The position numbers and the translations under genes were made by a program. Below, in pieces: positions 27,229 to 39,444 of a stretch of 64,000 nt of DNA (positions are counted from its first letter, which is position 1; each line of letters begins with the position of its first letter). This stretch comes from Balanoglossus misakiensis (taxonomy: Eukaryota; Animalia; Hemichordata). The stretch is from positions 8,385,146-8,449,145 of the forward strand of contig CM082584.2 in NCBI GenBank assembly GCA_040954595.2, in the 5' to 3' direction. A model generated the notes under the pieces. The model had not been told where the DNA came from and searched no databases. It saw only the letters and a list, made by a program, of their open reading frames with translations.

Positions 27229-28773
27229 CTACTGGAGATTTTCCTGCTGCTCCTTCATTCTCCAGGCCGCGTCCATGTATTTTGTGATCTCTGAATTTTG
27301 GCGGGGAAAGTGTAGCCGTCTGTCTTCCCGATCTTGCGGAATCTGCAGCAGGAATGTGACAAAGGTAGGGGTGTAGTCAATAAACAAAAGAGTAAACGTA
27401 TGCCCTGTTGAGGGGGCTATTTATTGTCTGGGATGTCTCTCCCGACAATTCTAAGTGTTTTACAGTATATTCACAGGGCCCAACATTACACAACAAGTTG
27501 CCATGCGACACCAGCAACTCATTCGGTTGATACAAAACTATTTGACGGACTGCCACCAGAACACAAAACATCTGGTACCGTATTACCTCACCATTCATAA
27601 TGTTCAACCATGCATTCAGACAACTAAGGCCTACTCAGCTTTGTCAAAAACATTGTGCTGTATATCACACAGACATAGAACTGAGCAACAATATAAATGG
27701 GACTGGAACCATGATGAACCAAGTGTGGCCTAAATTCTATCATTATTAATGTTGACTGCATTATTTTACAATTATGCAGTGAAAATGGAGAGACACTGCA
27801 GTCAGAGTCTGTCAATGTTTTGATGCCCACATTGGCACAACATAAACAGTATTGGTTCATCAAAGTAAAAAAAGGCAGAAGATCATTTTTATACTTACAA
27901 GAGGTTTTGAAATCCAACCATATTCTTGAGCTTCTGTCTGTGGAAATGTGTATTTCTTGACGGGCTCTTGGTGAGCACGGTGGATGATTCTAAGAAAGTG
28001 ATCTGTGGGAAATTGACAAACAAATATGCAAATCTTAATATGGTGCATAGAATATGTCCAACAGGCTGCAGTGCTCGTAATGGTCTTCCTGAGAATAATG
28101 ATCATTTATCTGACTATGAGAAAGTTTAGGAATGAAAGCTGGACATTGGTGAACATGTACATTTGATGTAGACTATACTGTCTCCATCAGCTGCTCTCTC
28201 ACACACACACAAACTTACCATCTTCCTCTCCATCAGCTGAATCGTGTAATGAGTTGGGTTTGCCAGTCAAAGTATACACTGAAAATTAAAATATGGGATT
28301 TGGTTATCAACAAGGCATTTGATTTGGGTGATTGGGACAATACTTTCTTGACTTCATACAATCATGTATTGTGTCCATGCATATTGACGATTTCCCAAAC
28401 TTATTTTCAATGGTAATTGGTACGTTGACATTGAACTGGTGCAAGTCCGGTCAGTGATGATAATGACGCACCCATAGCTCTAAATGCTACACGTCGGTGT
28501 TGGGGTCAATGGGGTATTGTGGAATTAGGGCGTTGCAAGGACAAAAGAATCAGCATCGCGATATTTACAGGTAGGTGCGACATTATAATAAAGCAAAGTA
28601 CACAGAGAGCATCTGAGTCGTGGCAATGTTGACTTACTTTTCCTGAATGGGTTCACACTGTACGTCGTGTACAGCTTTTGGTGTCTCTGTTCCTTCTTGA
28701 TTGTTTCTTCAAGAATGGCACTTTGGTGAACGATGTTGACTGGGTCTTTTCCGGGTGCCGCTGGTTTAGCCAT
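27229..28773 (-). CDS. CFAP144: Cilia- and flagella-associated protein 144 (FAM183 family), 4 exons
   Basis: MAKPAAPGKDPVNIVHQSAILEETIKKEQRHQKLYTTYSVNPFRK|MYTLTGKPNS..|DHFLRIIHRAHQEPVKKYTFPQTEAQEYGWISKPL|IPQDREDRRLHFPRQNSEITKYMDAAW..; PxKKYxxPQTExQExGW is the FAM183 signature. Confidence 0.9.
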
Positions 28774-29515
28774 TTTGGTGAAATTCCGTACCGATACCGC
28801 GACAATGCTATAACACTTCGAATGTTGTGGCGCTTGTAAATGACCCTGTCTATTTATCTGCTGTGACGTCAGATAGCAACAGTCGTTTAGGAGAGAGCGA
28901 CCTCATTTGACCAATCACAAAGCAGCAAAGAGGGCGCTGTGCACAGCGTAGCGTTTTTCCCGGCATGCAAATTAAATCGACGCCATTTTCAGAGTCTCAT
29001 GAGTGAAAATACAGTCTGTTCTTTTCTTGATTTTATTGCATTTCGCCGCCACCAAGATCCATATAAAGAAAACAACGTTATCCTACGCGAAGATAGTATA
29101 TATGGACTGCAGTGACCAAAGGTAGAGTATCAAAATAATGTTTTGCCGGTTTATATTGGCTGTGAACGTAATGTACACAGATTAGACATTCGATTTTGGA
29201 AAAGTACACAATCACTGGCGTACATTGACGCGTGTTTGTTGTTCATAAGCCTGGGGAAGAAAGTCGAACAATTTCATCCATCTCTCTTTCAGATATTGAC
29301 CTCAGTGATGACACTGAGTACCCTGTGATTGGACAAGACGAATTTGTGTATTCACACCAAAGTGTGCTGATAACAGGAGCAGATTACCCCATAGACAACT
29401 GGTGCTGTTTCAGTGTTTTGATTGGAAAGAACATACAGGAAGTGCAGTTTAGGACACTTCAGACAGTTGAGACTTTGTGCAATATTTCGAACAGCTATCC
29501 ATAAAACACAAGAAC
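28774..29515. promoter_or_regulatory. Putative bidirectional promoter/5' region, CFAP144/FZR1
   Basis: Divergent genes; CRE TGACGTCA at 28864 next to an RFX-like half site TAGCAAC (~28874), CCAAT ~28911, YY1-like CGCCATTTT ~28981. Confidence 0.45.
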
Positions 29516-32500
29516 ATGGATCAAGACTACGAGAACAGACTGGTTAGACACCAGAATGGGCACAGTTCCGTCGGTTCACCGGTAACATCTGTAAGTGTTT
29601 TCATTGTCCCACAAACTGCTTTTGGTCTGTTTTGTACATCAGGGTTTCTGTGTCTGTGTATAAAACATATATTTATTGGATACTTTCTATCTTTCAGCCT
29701 TTGAAGTCTCCAAACTCACTTATCTCGCCAAGCAGAGAAAACTACAGCGACAGGTAAGATCTTTCATTGTACGCTTGGTCAGAACCAATGTTTAAAGGGC
29801 AAAACATGTTATAACAAGTACGTCACACATATAGTGAACAAAAGAATCTTCTTGTTTGAATTGAATATCTAGCAATGAAGGCTGTTCCCGTATCATTCTA
29901 CGCCAAATATGAAATTGCTAAGTGTGTGGATACTCTTTTAGGGGGAAAATGCTGAATCTATAATGTCATTGTGTTTTCCATTAGATTCATACCAAGCAGG
30001 GCAGGTGCTAACTGGCACGTGGGATTCAACTTGATTCAAGAGCCGAGCAAGGAATCTCCGACGACGACACGGAAAGCCAGAGAAGCCCACTCAGAGGCTG
30101 CTAAAGGTACCCGTAATGAGTTGGCCGCTTCTGATTTCAATATGTGCAGACTCGGTTGTAAGGATATCAAGATGCTACATTTTGATAATGCAATACTCAA
30201 CTTCGTACGTTTTTGCCCTACAGACGGCTTAGCCTACCACTGCCTACTGAAGAATGAACTCCTGGGTGCTGGTATTGAGAAAATCAAAGACCCGCAAGCT
30301 GAAGACCGGAGACTATCCCTGAGCAGTCCGGAGAGCAAGAATTTGTTTCAGTTTAAAAGTCAGGCTAAGAGGCCGTGTTCTGAGGCTGATGAAGACTCTT
30401 CCCCGTACTCATTATCGCCCGTAGGAAATAAAAGGTGTGTTGTTGTGTTTTCTTTGGTGTTGTTGAAAACTGTGGGTGACAGACAACAAACTGCATTTTA
30501 GTGGAACACGGTAGACTGAATAAGTTTAGCCATATCTAAGACTGAATTGATTACAGTGTACATTTTTCTGCTAATGGACAGACTTTTTCTGGAACTTCAA
30601 ACTGACCACAACATTTCTGTCAAACACATTGTACGACTCACTCCGATATCATCTACACCCGTCTTTCAACAGCCAAAGGTTGCTCAGGTCACCACGCAAG
30701 CAGACGAGGAAAATTTCCAAGATTCCCTTCAAAGTGTTAGACGCACCAGAGCTTCAAGATGATTTCTATCTCAACTTGGTGGACTGGTCGTCTAGTAATA
30801 TACTCAGTGTTGGGCTCGGGACGTGTGTGTATCTTTGGAGTGCTTGTACAAGTCAGGTAAGTTGCAGTAAAGATTGAGACAGTCGTATATGGGGCATGTG
30901 TCATAGATACATTGCAGTAATGGAGTAAATATATTTTACGACACCTTTTTAAGGATGATTTTCTTGTCACGCTGGTTCTTTGATCCGATGAATGGTTTAC
31001 TGTACACAAATTCTTTATTTCTGCGCAGGTTACAAGGTTATGCGATCTCTCCTGCGATGGAGACTCTGTGACGTCAGTGTCCTGGAATGAAAGGGTGAGT
31101 TTAAATGGGTTATTGAGGTGCTACATATCATTTCTATCTGGTGGTCAAACAGTGGTAAAGTAGTGCAGTTTCCACAAGATAACAACAAGACTGAAAAAAA
31201 AAAGTTCTCTCTGTGTTAATTTGAAAGGAATGCCAGTATGTTATGCTTCGTGTACCTGTTTGTGCCCTTGTGTGGTGGGGGTGATGTCGAGAATACTATT
31301 AACAACATGTCTGCTCACTATTTATCTGTAGGGTAATTTAGTGGCTGTGGGAACTCACAAGGGTCTGGTTCAAGTGTGGGATGCCATGGCACAGAAAAGG
31401 ATATCAACGTTGGACGGCCATTCTGCAAGAGTTGGTAAGTGCGTTTGCCTCATGAAAGAAGCCATACCTGGGCCATATTCAAAAGGTTGATAAGATCTCA
31501 ATACACAGGCTTGCACACCTAACAATGGCCAGTTTCACATTTTGATGTATCTCCGGACCGTTGCAAACTGTAACCAGAAAAACTTTTCCAAATACTGTGT
31601 TCAGGTGCCCTGGCTTGGAATGCTGATATTCTGTCGTCCGGAAGCAGGGATCGATTGATCCTACAGAGGGACGTGCGGACGCCCTGCATCGTGCCCGAGA
31701 GGAAACTGCAGGGACACAAACAGGAAGTTTGTGGTCTGAAATGGTCTCCGGATCACCAGCACCTTGCATCTGGTGGTAATGACAACAAGGTATGTTGATT
31801 GAAATGAACTGGCAGATGTCACCTGATACAGTGAAACTTGCCTAAACCAAACACTAAAGGGGCTGAAGAAATTGGGTGGTTAGCAAAGGTGTCCAGTTTA
31901 TAGAGGTTCTTTTTGCATGTGGTTCTATGTCAAAGGGACAGGAAAATGTGTTCCAACCCAAATTGATCTGTCATTGTTGGATAAATGTATTGTGATTGGC
32001 TCAGCCAAATACTGTATGCTGTCCAAGGTTCTGTATTTTGCTCTTCAGGTACTGATTTCACACCTGGCGTAAGATTTATACATGTGATCTTCTAACAGAC
32101 CTCTCGCCTGTCCCTGTTCACAGTTGTTTGTGTGGAACACGTCCAGCCTGTCGCCGGTGCAGCAGTACACAGAGCACCTGGCGGCGGTGAAGGCCATTGC
32201 CTGGTCGCCCCACCAACACGGACTGCTGGCGTCCGGCGGCGGGACGGCCGACAGGTGCATCCGGTTCTGGAACACGCTGACGTGCCAGCCGTTGCAGTGT
32301 GTGGACACCGGGTCGCAGGTCTGCAACCTGGCGTGGTCGAAGCATGCCAACGAACTGGTAAGTAGCCGGTTGTAGTGGGAGTATTTGAAAGACAAGCGCT
32401 GCACGATATTTGTTTCATAATCATTTAGAGAAATTTTTGAATTATTATTGCAAAATGTTTTATTTTTTCGTAAAAAAATGAAGAAAAAATCAATGTTACT

Positions 32501-33276
32501 GTACTAGTATAGAACACTTAGAGTGAAAGAGCTATTCTGCCAAAGTTGATTGTGTCCTACCCCCAAGTCTGTTTTAAACACAGAGAGTGGTCTTGGCACT
32601 TATTATTAAATCAACCCTCCTGTGAGAAATCCTGATCCATTTTCACAATTGCTGGTAAGGGATGCAATGTCCCTTTATAGAGACATCTTGATTGAAAAAA
32701 GGGGGTTATGTCAAACAAACACCAGTCGTTCTGCCAGTCATCTGTTAAAACATACAACGTGTGTTTTCCTCATTTCAGGTCAGTACACACGGCTACAGTC
32801 AGAACCAGATCTTGGTCTGGAAATACCCTTCCTTGGTGCAGGTGGCCAAACTGACTGGCCATTCCTTCAGAGTACTCTATCTGGTAAGTGTCTGACTATT
32901 GCTGATTCTGACATCTGCCCAAGCTGGAAAGTCTGTGATACAGTTCCAGATACCGTTATTGTTGCCCGAGTTTTACTAACGACCCGTTTGTAATTCCTAT
33001 TTGAACAGGCTATGTCCCCAGACGGTGAAGCCATAGTTACCGGTGCTGGCGACGAAACTCTCCGATTCTGGAATGTGTTCAGCAAAACGCGATCGACTAA
33101 GGTGAGTCAGACCAATATTTTTGTTTTATCAATAGCAATAGCCATGCGGTCATGTTGATCAGTTTTCTTAAAAATGGCGGTGCGTTTTGTAACCTATTTT
33201 TTTTTTTCTCCCCCCCCCCCCCCCCCCCCCCCAGGAATCCAAGTCAGTGTTGAATTTGTTCAACCACATACGATGA
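29516..33276 (+). CDS. FZR1: Fizzy-related protein / Cdh1, APC/C activator, 12 coding exons
   Basis: Start MDQDYENRL; C-box DR|FIPSR; LLKNELLG; [24 protein letters not shown]; WD40 exons ([55 protein letters not shown]); C-terminal IR tail LNLFNHIR*. Confidence 0.98.
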
Positions 33277-34936
33277 GAAGTCAGCTGCATTCAAACAAGA
33301 AGTAATTGATTCTTTGCATTTAAAACAACCAAATCATGGAATATATATTCGACATCGGAAACACAACAAATCAGGACTTTGAAGTTTGAACTCAAACTTG
33401 CGTATCCACAGCAGCTTGTGGAAAATTTTGAGAAGATATCTCGCTGCTTGCACCAACTCTAACATAGGGTTTACAGAGGCAACACTCTGATGGTATAATT
33501 TTAGGATATAACAGACTTAACAAAGATGATCATGCTTGTGATATTTTTTACTCAAGTTGTTTTGTTATGCTTTTTTTTTCCACAAAATTTTGTACCATTC
33601 AGCTTTGGGGACACTGCCATTGCAAAGCGGAGAAATTTGTGTTCTTTACAGCATTTTACAACGGATATAGATTCTGGTGGAACAGAATGTTAGGGAAAAA
33701 AGTTTCATCTTCCTGTATTTTTTACCCATTAAACCATGAAAAAAAAGGAAAACTTGTTGTTTATCAGTCATTGAGCTGCACAACAAGTATGTATGTAAAA
33801 AATGTAGAGTATTTAACATTCATGTGATTTTTATTTCTGTTTAACTTAATAAAAGAGCATTGTTAGTATCAAAGTATGTGTTGGCTGTAGTGGTTTTGAA
33901 CCTTCGTCATTTTCTGGAATGAATGACAGCTTGTGGGTGGAGCCAATGAATGATTCCAGCCAATGGGTCTATAAATATGCTTGATTGATTGAGGGAGTGA
34001 AAACCTACAGTTATTAAAAAAATAGTTGTGTCTGGTATGGACAAGTCATGCAAAACCTTAAAAAAAACGGAGCGGTGACGCGGTCTTTTTAGCCCCCCAA
34101 TGTGTCGTCAAGTTTATCTAGAGCAACACATAATTTGACATGCCGAACTTCTCGATAAAATAATTAAAATGGGTCATCGACTAGGGCGTCCGTTGCTGGG
34201 ACCTGCGGGACTTAATTTGCGACCATGGGCATGGCATGTGGTTTTCAATAAATGCTTTTTCATCATAATATGCATTTTTCGAGCTTAGGAACGTTTCTAT
34301 ATAAAATAAAATAACTGAATTCACGGTTCACTAGCGTTCGATAGTTTCTGGTTCACGTTCGACATTCGACACTTACTTTATTCTACATTAAAAATCCTCT
34401 GTCGGCTGTTAGCAGGACTGCAGTCACGGATTCAGTAACTGTACTATAGGCCTTACACGTGTTAAGTATCAACGTTACACGAAAATCGGCCGAAAGAATG
34501 TCATCAACTCCAGAAGTATTGATGATGGAAATGCCTCCTAGGTGAATAACGACAATCGGCTGACGCACATTCCACGCACTGGGATATTTGTTTTAAATCT
34601 ACGGCCATGCATCTGCTATATAACGTACCGCGGGATTCACAGTTTTGCTACAACCACAGACATTACAGCTCATCTTGTATTCCTGTAGTAACGATTGGAT
34701 TCCGAGGTAAGTCGAGTTTATTCTCCCGCATTTGGCGACTTATCTGCAAGTGAGGCCAGATACAATAGCGGTTTGTTCAAAATGATAAAAAATGTGCTGT
34801 TCGTGAGTCTCTATAGTTTATCGTCTTTCCGTTGTTTGAAATCAGATATCATGAAACCACTAGGAATACACTGTGGGAATTTTTATGATTCGTTAAACTA
34901 CTGAACCACTGTCTCATTTCATTTTTACAGTGCAAC

Positions 34937-35321
34937 ATGAAGAACCTGGCTTTGTTTACGTTACTGGTCGTTGCCGTGGTAATGCTTGGCAGAATCCCGG
35001 GAACAGAGGCACAAGGCAGCTTCACATTCGGGGTTAGTATAAACTCAGAAATTTCTTTTGGTAACTCTGAAAGTCCGTGTGGGCTTTTGCATGAACCAAA
35101 ACATCACAAGTCCGAAACAATCGTGTGGAGAATAGAGGGCCCTTGTGGAACGGAGTGAAGGAATCTCCGTATACGACCAGTGGAGTGACTGTGGTAATGT
35201 TCTTTTTGTCTCTTTCACTTTTCAGTTTCCATTCTCTGTGGTCATTCCTATGGACCAAATGGCAGACGTTTGCCAACGACTCGGTGGCATGATGGGTCCA
35301 GGGTTTTTTAACAATCCTTAG
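34937..35321 (+). CDS. Small secreted peptide precursor, 63 aa, 2 coding exons (34937-35032, 35226-35321)
   Basis: MKNLALFTLLVVAVVMLGRIPGTEA|QGSFTFG+FPFSVVIPMDQMADVCQRLGGMMGPGFFNNP*. TATA-like CTATATAA ~34616, non-coding exon ending at GAG|GTAAGT ~34706, acceptor TTTTACAG 34930, phase-0 intron with long pyrimidine tract, AATAAA ~35429. Confidence 0.72.
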
Positions 35322-36153
35322 ATGGGCGTGCACCTCCACGTGGCATGATGACGAGATACTTGTGATGCTGATGACGATGATGATCATGGTGGAGACATTG
35401 ATTCAACATCAATTTGTTCATCAATCTGAATAAAACAATTTTACCAACTGCCACCTTTCGTACTTAGTGTTTTTTTTCATTCTTTCATGGTAGATTATTT
35501 TCTTGTTCTGTTTGATGTATGGAAGCTTTGAGGACGACATTTTGCCAATTATGCGCAGAAAGCAAGTTTGAGACCCCCACATGATACCAGTTTCGAACCG
35601 CTACTGTACTAGAAATGGATCACACCTTAAAAAGAATTAAGTATCACGGACTAAACACCTTGCATTTATGCAGGCACGTACATCAATCAAATCCTCACGA
35701 GTCGTCATGAAAATTTAGTAGATTTAGTAAATACATAAATGGTCGAACGCAATTTGTACTATCTGATCAATACACTGGCGATCCTGTACAGTAGTAAGAT
35801 GCTACGTCAATTTCATTAAACCTTTTTGGAGAAAAAATTAACAATTTTATTTTTTTAACTAACGAAGACCAATGCAACTGTATATTAAGGACTTTCACAT
35901 GTGTTTACGTCTTAAAGTTTATTTAAAAAGAAAATAAAAATCCCCGAGTTATATATGAGTCACTTACTAAAGAAAATCTTGCCTCAAGGGACAATGCGCC
36001 GAGACATTTCGAGAAATAACATTCGGGGCGACTTTGGGTCCAAATACTGGAGGGACCACGAGGCGAGCCTACGTCTCTTCAGCACTTTCCACTCCATCCG
36101 CCAGGGGGCGCGAGTCACTGACCTCGTGACCTTTGACCCACTGTAAAATAAAA

Positions 36154-39128
36154 ATGGCGGAAGCCAACAGGCTGCAGAGTGGATTGCCGACAAGTGGAAA
36201 CCAAATGGACGCCACGCCAATAAGTTTGATTCTAACATGGGACCACTTGACAAGTGCTGGTATGTACACATGTTCCTTTGTACAGTAATTCGAGCCTGTC
36301 AAACAAAATCCACCAAAGACCATTGACAATGGACGGCACATAACCAACGCAAGATACACCGTTCAAACTCGGAGACAATCGATCTGTTTTATCTAGAGAC
36401 AGTCGAACATTTCAGATTTAAGAAGCGAGATCAGGGTTTTAAAATATAAGCTGCTGTTCACCCCCGAAGTCTCTATTTGTAAGTTAATGCTCACGTCTTC
36501 TTGGTATTATTCCAGAATGTTCTGAAGTGTGCAAACAGTACAGAAATTCAAATAAGGTACACGAACTTGGTGGACTGTTGGAAGCATCACATAGTGAAGT
36601 AACACATCGATTTCAAGAGGGTGCTGAATCCTTTGATGGTAAGGAAGCGTACAGTCTTACTTAACACAAGGGCCATTAAGTCGGTTCTGAAATGTATCCA
36701 GGCAAATACTGGCATTAATTTTAAAACTTCGGGAGAGTCCTGAAACCTGCAGCTGGACTACATACATTTCTTTGCTTAACCCCTTGTGGAGCTAAATTAT
36801 CAACATTTTGCTGATTTACAACCTTTTTTCCCATCTCGACGAGAACGATTCTGCGCTTTGCTAAAATTTCTTACCTAGGCCTGACCTAGTATCTCATGTT
36901 ATCATCCAACAGATGTGTCACTGATCATCCTTACCCTGGCACACCACGGCCACATTGAGGCGAGCCTATTGGAGGATGTCAGTAGTGGAGTTGTTGAACA
37001 CAGCCAAGAACTTGAAAGAACAGAGGCGCTTGATGGGAACCATGTTGGAAACGTTGAAACAAATGCCAGTTTCTCAACACATGTACACTCGCCCAGAAGA
37101 AAGTTTGCAAGGAGAGAGTGTACCAATGAAGAACAAGACGTTGGAACCAATTTAAATGAAAGGCCATGTTTGGGCAATTCTTGCGAGAAAACTGATGATT
37201 CAACTATCCTTCAGAAAGAACACACGAGGATCCACTCAAATGACGGCCGATATTCTTGCAGTGAATGCGGGAAAACTTTTAAATTCAGGTGCCATCTGAA
37301 GAGACACAGAAGGATTCATTCAAATGAAAGACCATTTGCTTGCAGTGAATGTGAAAAAACGTTTACTCAAAGTGGCCATCTGAGGGAACACATGAGGATC
37401 CATTCAAATGAAAGACCATTTGCATGCAGTGAATGTGAAAAATTGTTTACCCAAAGTGGCCATCTGAAGGAACACATGAGGATCCATTCACATGAAAGAC
37501 CATATCCATGCAGTAGATGTGGGAAAATGTTTGCAAAGAGTGGCAACCTGAAGGAACACATGAGGCTCCATTCAAATGAAAGACCATTTGCATGCAGGGA
37601 ATGCGAAAAAACGTTTGCTCGACGTGACACTCTTAGGAGACACATGAGAGTCCACTCCAACGAAAGACCGTACCCATGCAGTGAATGTGAAAAAACATTT
37701 ACTCAAAGTGGCCATCTGAAGGAACACCTGAGGATCCATTCCCATGAAAGACCATATCCATGCAGGGAATGTGGAAAAATGTTTACTCAGGGTAGCTCTC
37801 TGAAGAAACACATGACGATCCATTTCCCGGTAAACGAAACACCACATCCATGTAGTGATTGCGGAAAAATTATTAAATCCAAATCTTATCTGAACGAACA
37901 CATGAAGACCCATTCAAATGAAAAACCATTTGCATGCAAGGAATGTGGAAGAACTTTCAAAATGATCAAACACCTGACGAGACACTCGAGGATTCATTCA
38001 AATGACAGTCCATACTCATGCAGTGAATGCGGGAAAACATTCAGCCAGAGTAGCAATCTGAAGAACCACATGTGGACCCATACAAATGAAAAACCATATT
38101 CTTGCGATGAATGCGGGAAAACATTTACGAGGAGTCACCATGTGAAGGAACACAAGAAGATCCATAAAAACGAAAGACTGCATTCGTGCAATGAATGTGG
38201 GAAATCATTTATAAAGCGTTCCACTCTGAAGGAACACATGAAGGTCCATTCAAAGGAAAGACCGTTTGCGTGCGATGAATGCGGAGAAGAATTTAGATTG
38301 AGGCAATCCCTGAAGAGTCACATGAAGGTTCATTCACCTGGAGGACTTTCTAATTTATGCAGTGAATGCGGAAAAACCTTTACACACGCCGGCAGTCTGA
38401 AATTACACATGAGGATCCATCTGAATGAGAGATCGTTTGCGTGCAGCGAATGTGGGAAAACGTTTATTCGGCGGGGCAGTCTGAAGAGACACATGAGGAT
38501 TCTCTTAAATGAAAGACCGTATTCGTGCAGCGAATGCGGGAAAACGTTCACACAGAGTGGCCATCTGAACGAACACCGGAAGATCCATTCCAATGAAAGA
38601 CCGTTTGCATGCAGTCAATGTGGGAAAAGGTTTGCTCAGGGTAGCACTCTGAAGAAACATATGAGGACTCATTTAAAAGAAAGGAATAGCGATCTGAAGG
38701 AACACAGGAGGACGCGTTCTAATGAAAGACCATATTCTTGCAATGAATGTGGAAAAACATTTGCATGGAGTAGCAGTGTGAAAGTACACATGAAGAGCCA
38801 TTCCAGTGAAAGACCGTTTGCATGCAGTGAATGTGACAAAAGTTTCACTCTGCGTGGCACTCTGAAGATGCACATGATGAGCCATTCAAATGAAAGACCG
38901 TATTTATGCAATGAATGTGGGAAAACATTTGCTCAGAATTACAATCTGAAGAGACACCTGAGGACCCATTCTAATGAAAAACCATATTCTTGCAATGAAT
39001 GTGGAAAAACGTTTACACGGAGTAGCAGTCTGAAAGTACACATGAGGATCCATTCCAATGAAAGACCATTTGCACGTCCACGAGGCAAAAGTTTTACAAA
39101 TAAACAGTTGAAAATATCATTGCAGTAA
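36154..39128 (+). CDS. Tandem C2H2 zinc-finger protein (~21 fingers), exons 36154-36259 and 36913-39128
   Basis: Repeated CxxC-x12-HxxxH units with SNERP-type linkers; upstream exon MAEANRLQ.. (AAAATGGCG context) splices in frame through a phase-1 intron; AATAAA at ~39219. Confidence 0.92.
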
Positions 39129-39444
39129 TTGACAATGAGTTCAAGTATTCACTACTCTTCAGCAAAGTTTAATGAAAGTAAACAAATAGTTTGAGTAGAA
39201 TATTATAGTTCCGTGTTGAATAAAAGACATTCATCATGTAAAATGTTGACTGGTTTATTAGTCCATGGGCCAGACAGGAATTTGGTATCAGAAAGATGGA
39301 CAAAGCCTCACATGTTTTTTTGGAAAGGCCTATATCTCTAGATTATAAATTGGGGTGATAGCCCTGCCTATCGAGTAGCTTTCTGCATTTTTTCCCTCAA
39401 AAACTAATGTAAGAACCTAAAAATTCCCGACCCAAATTTTGGGG

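Noticed and set aside
37367-38911. Repetitive minus-strand ORFs (HSLHANGLSFEW repeats)
   Set aside because: Antisense shadows of the zinc-finger array.
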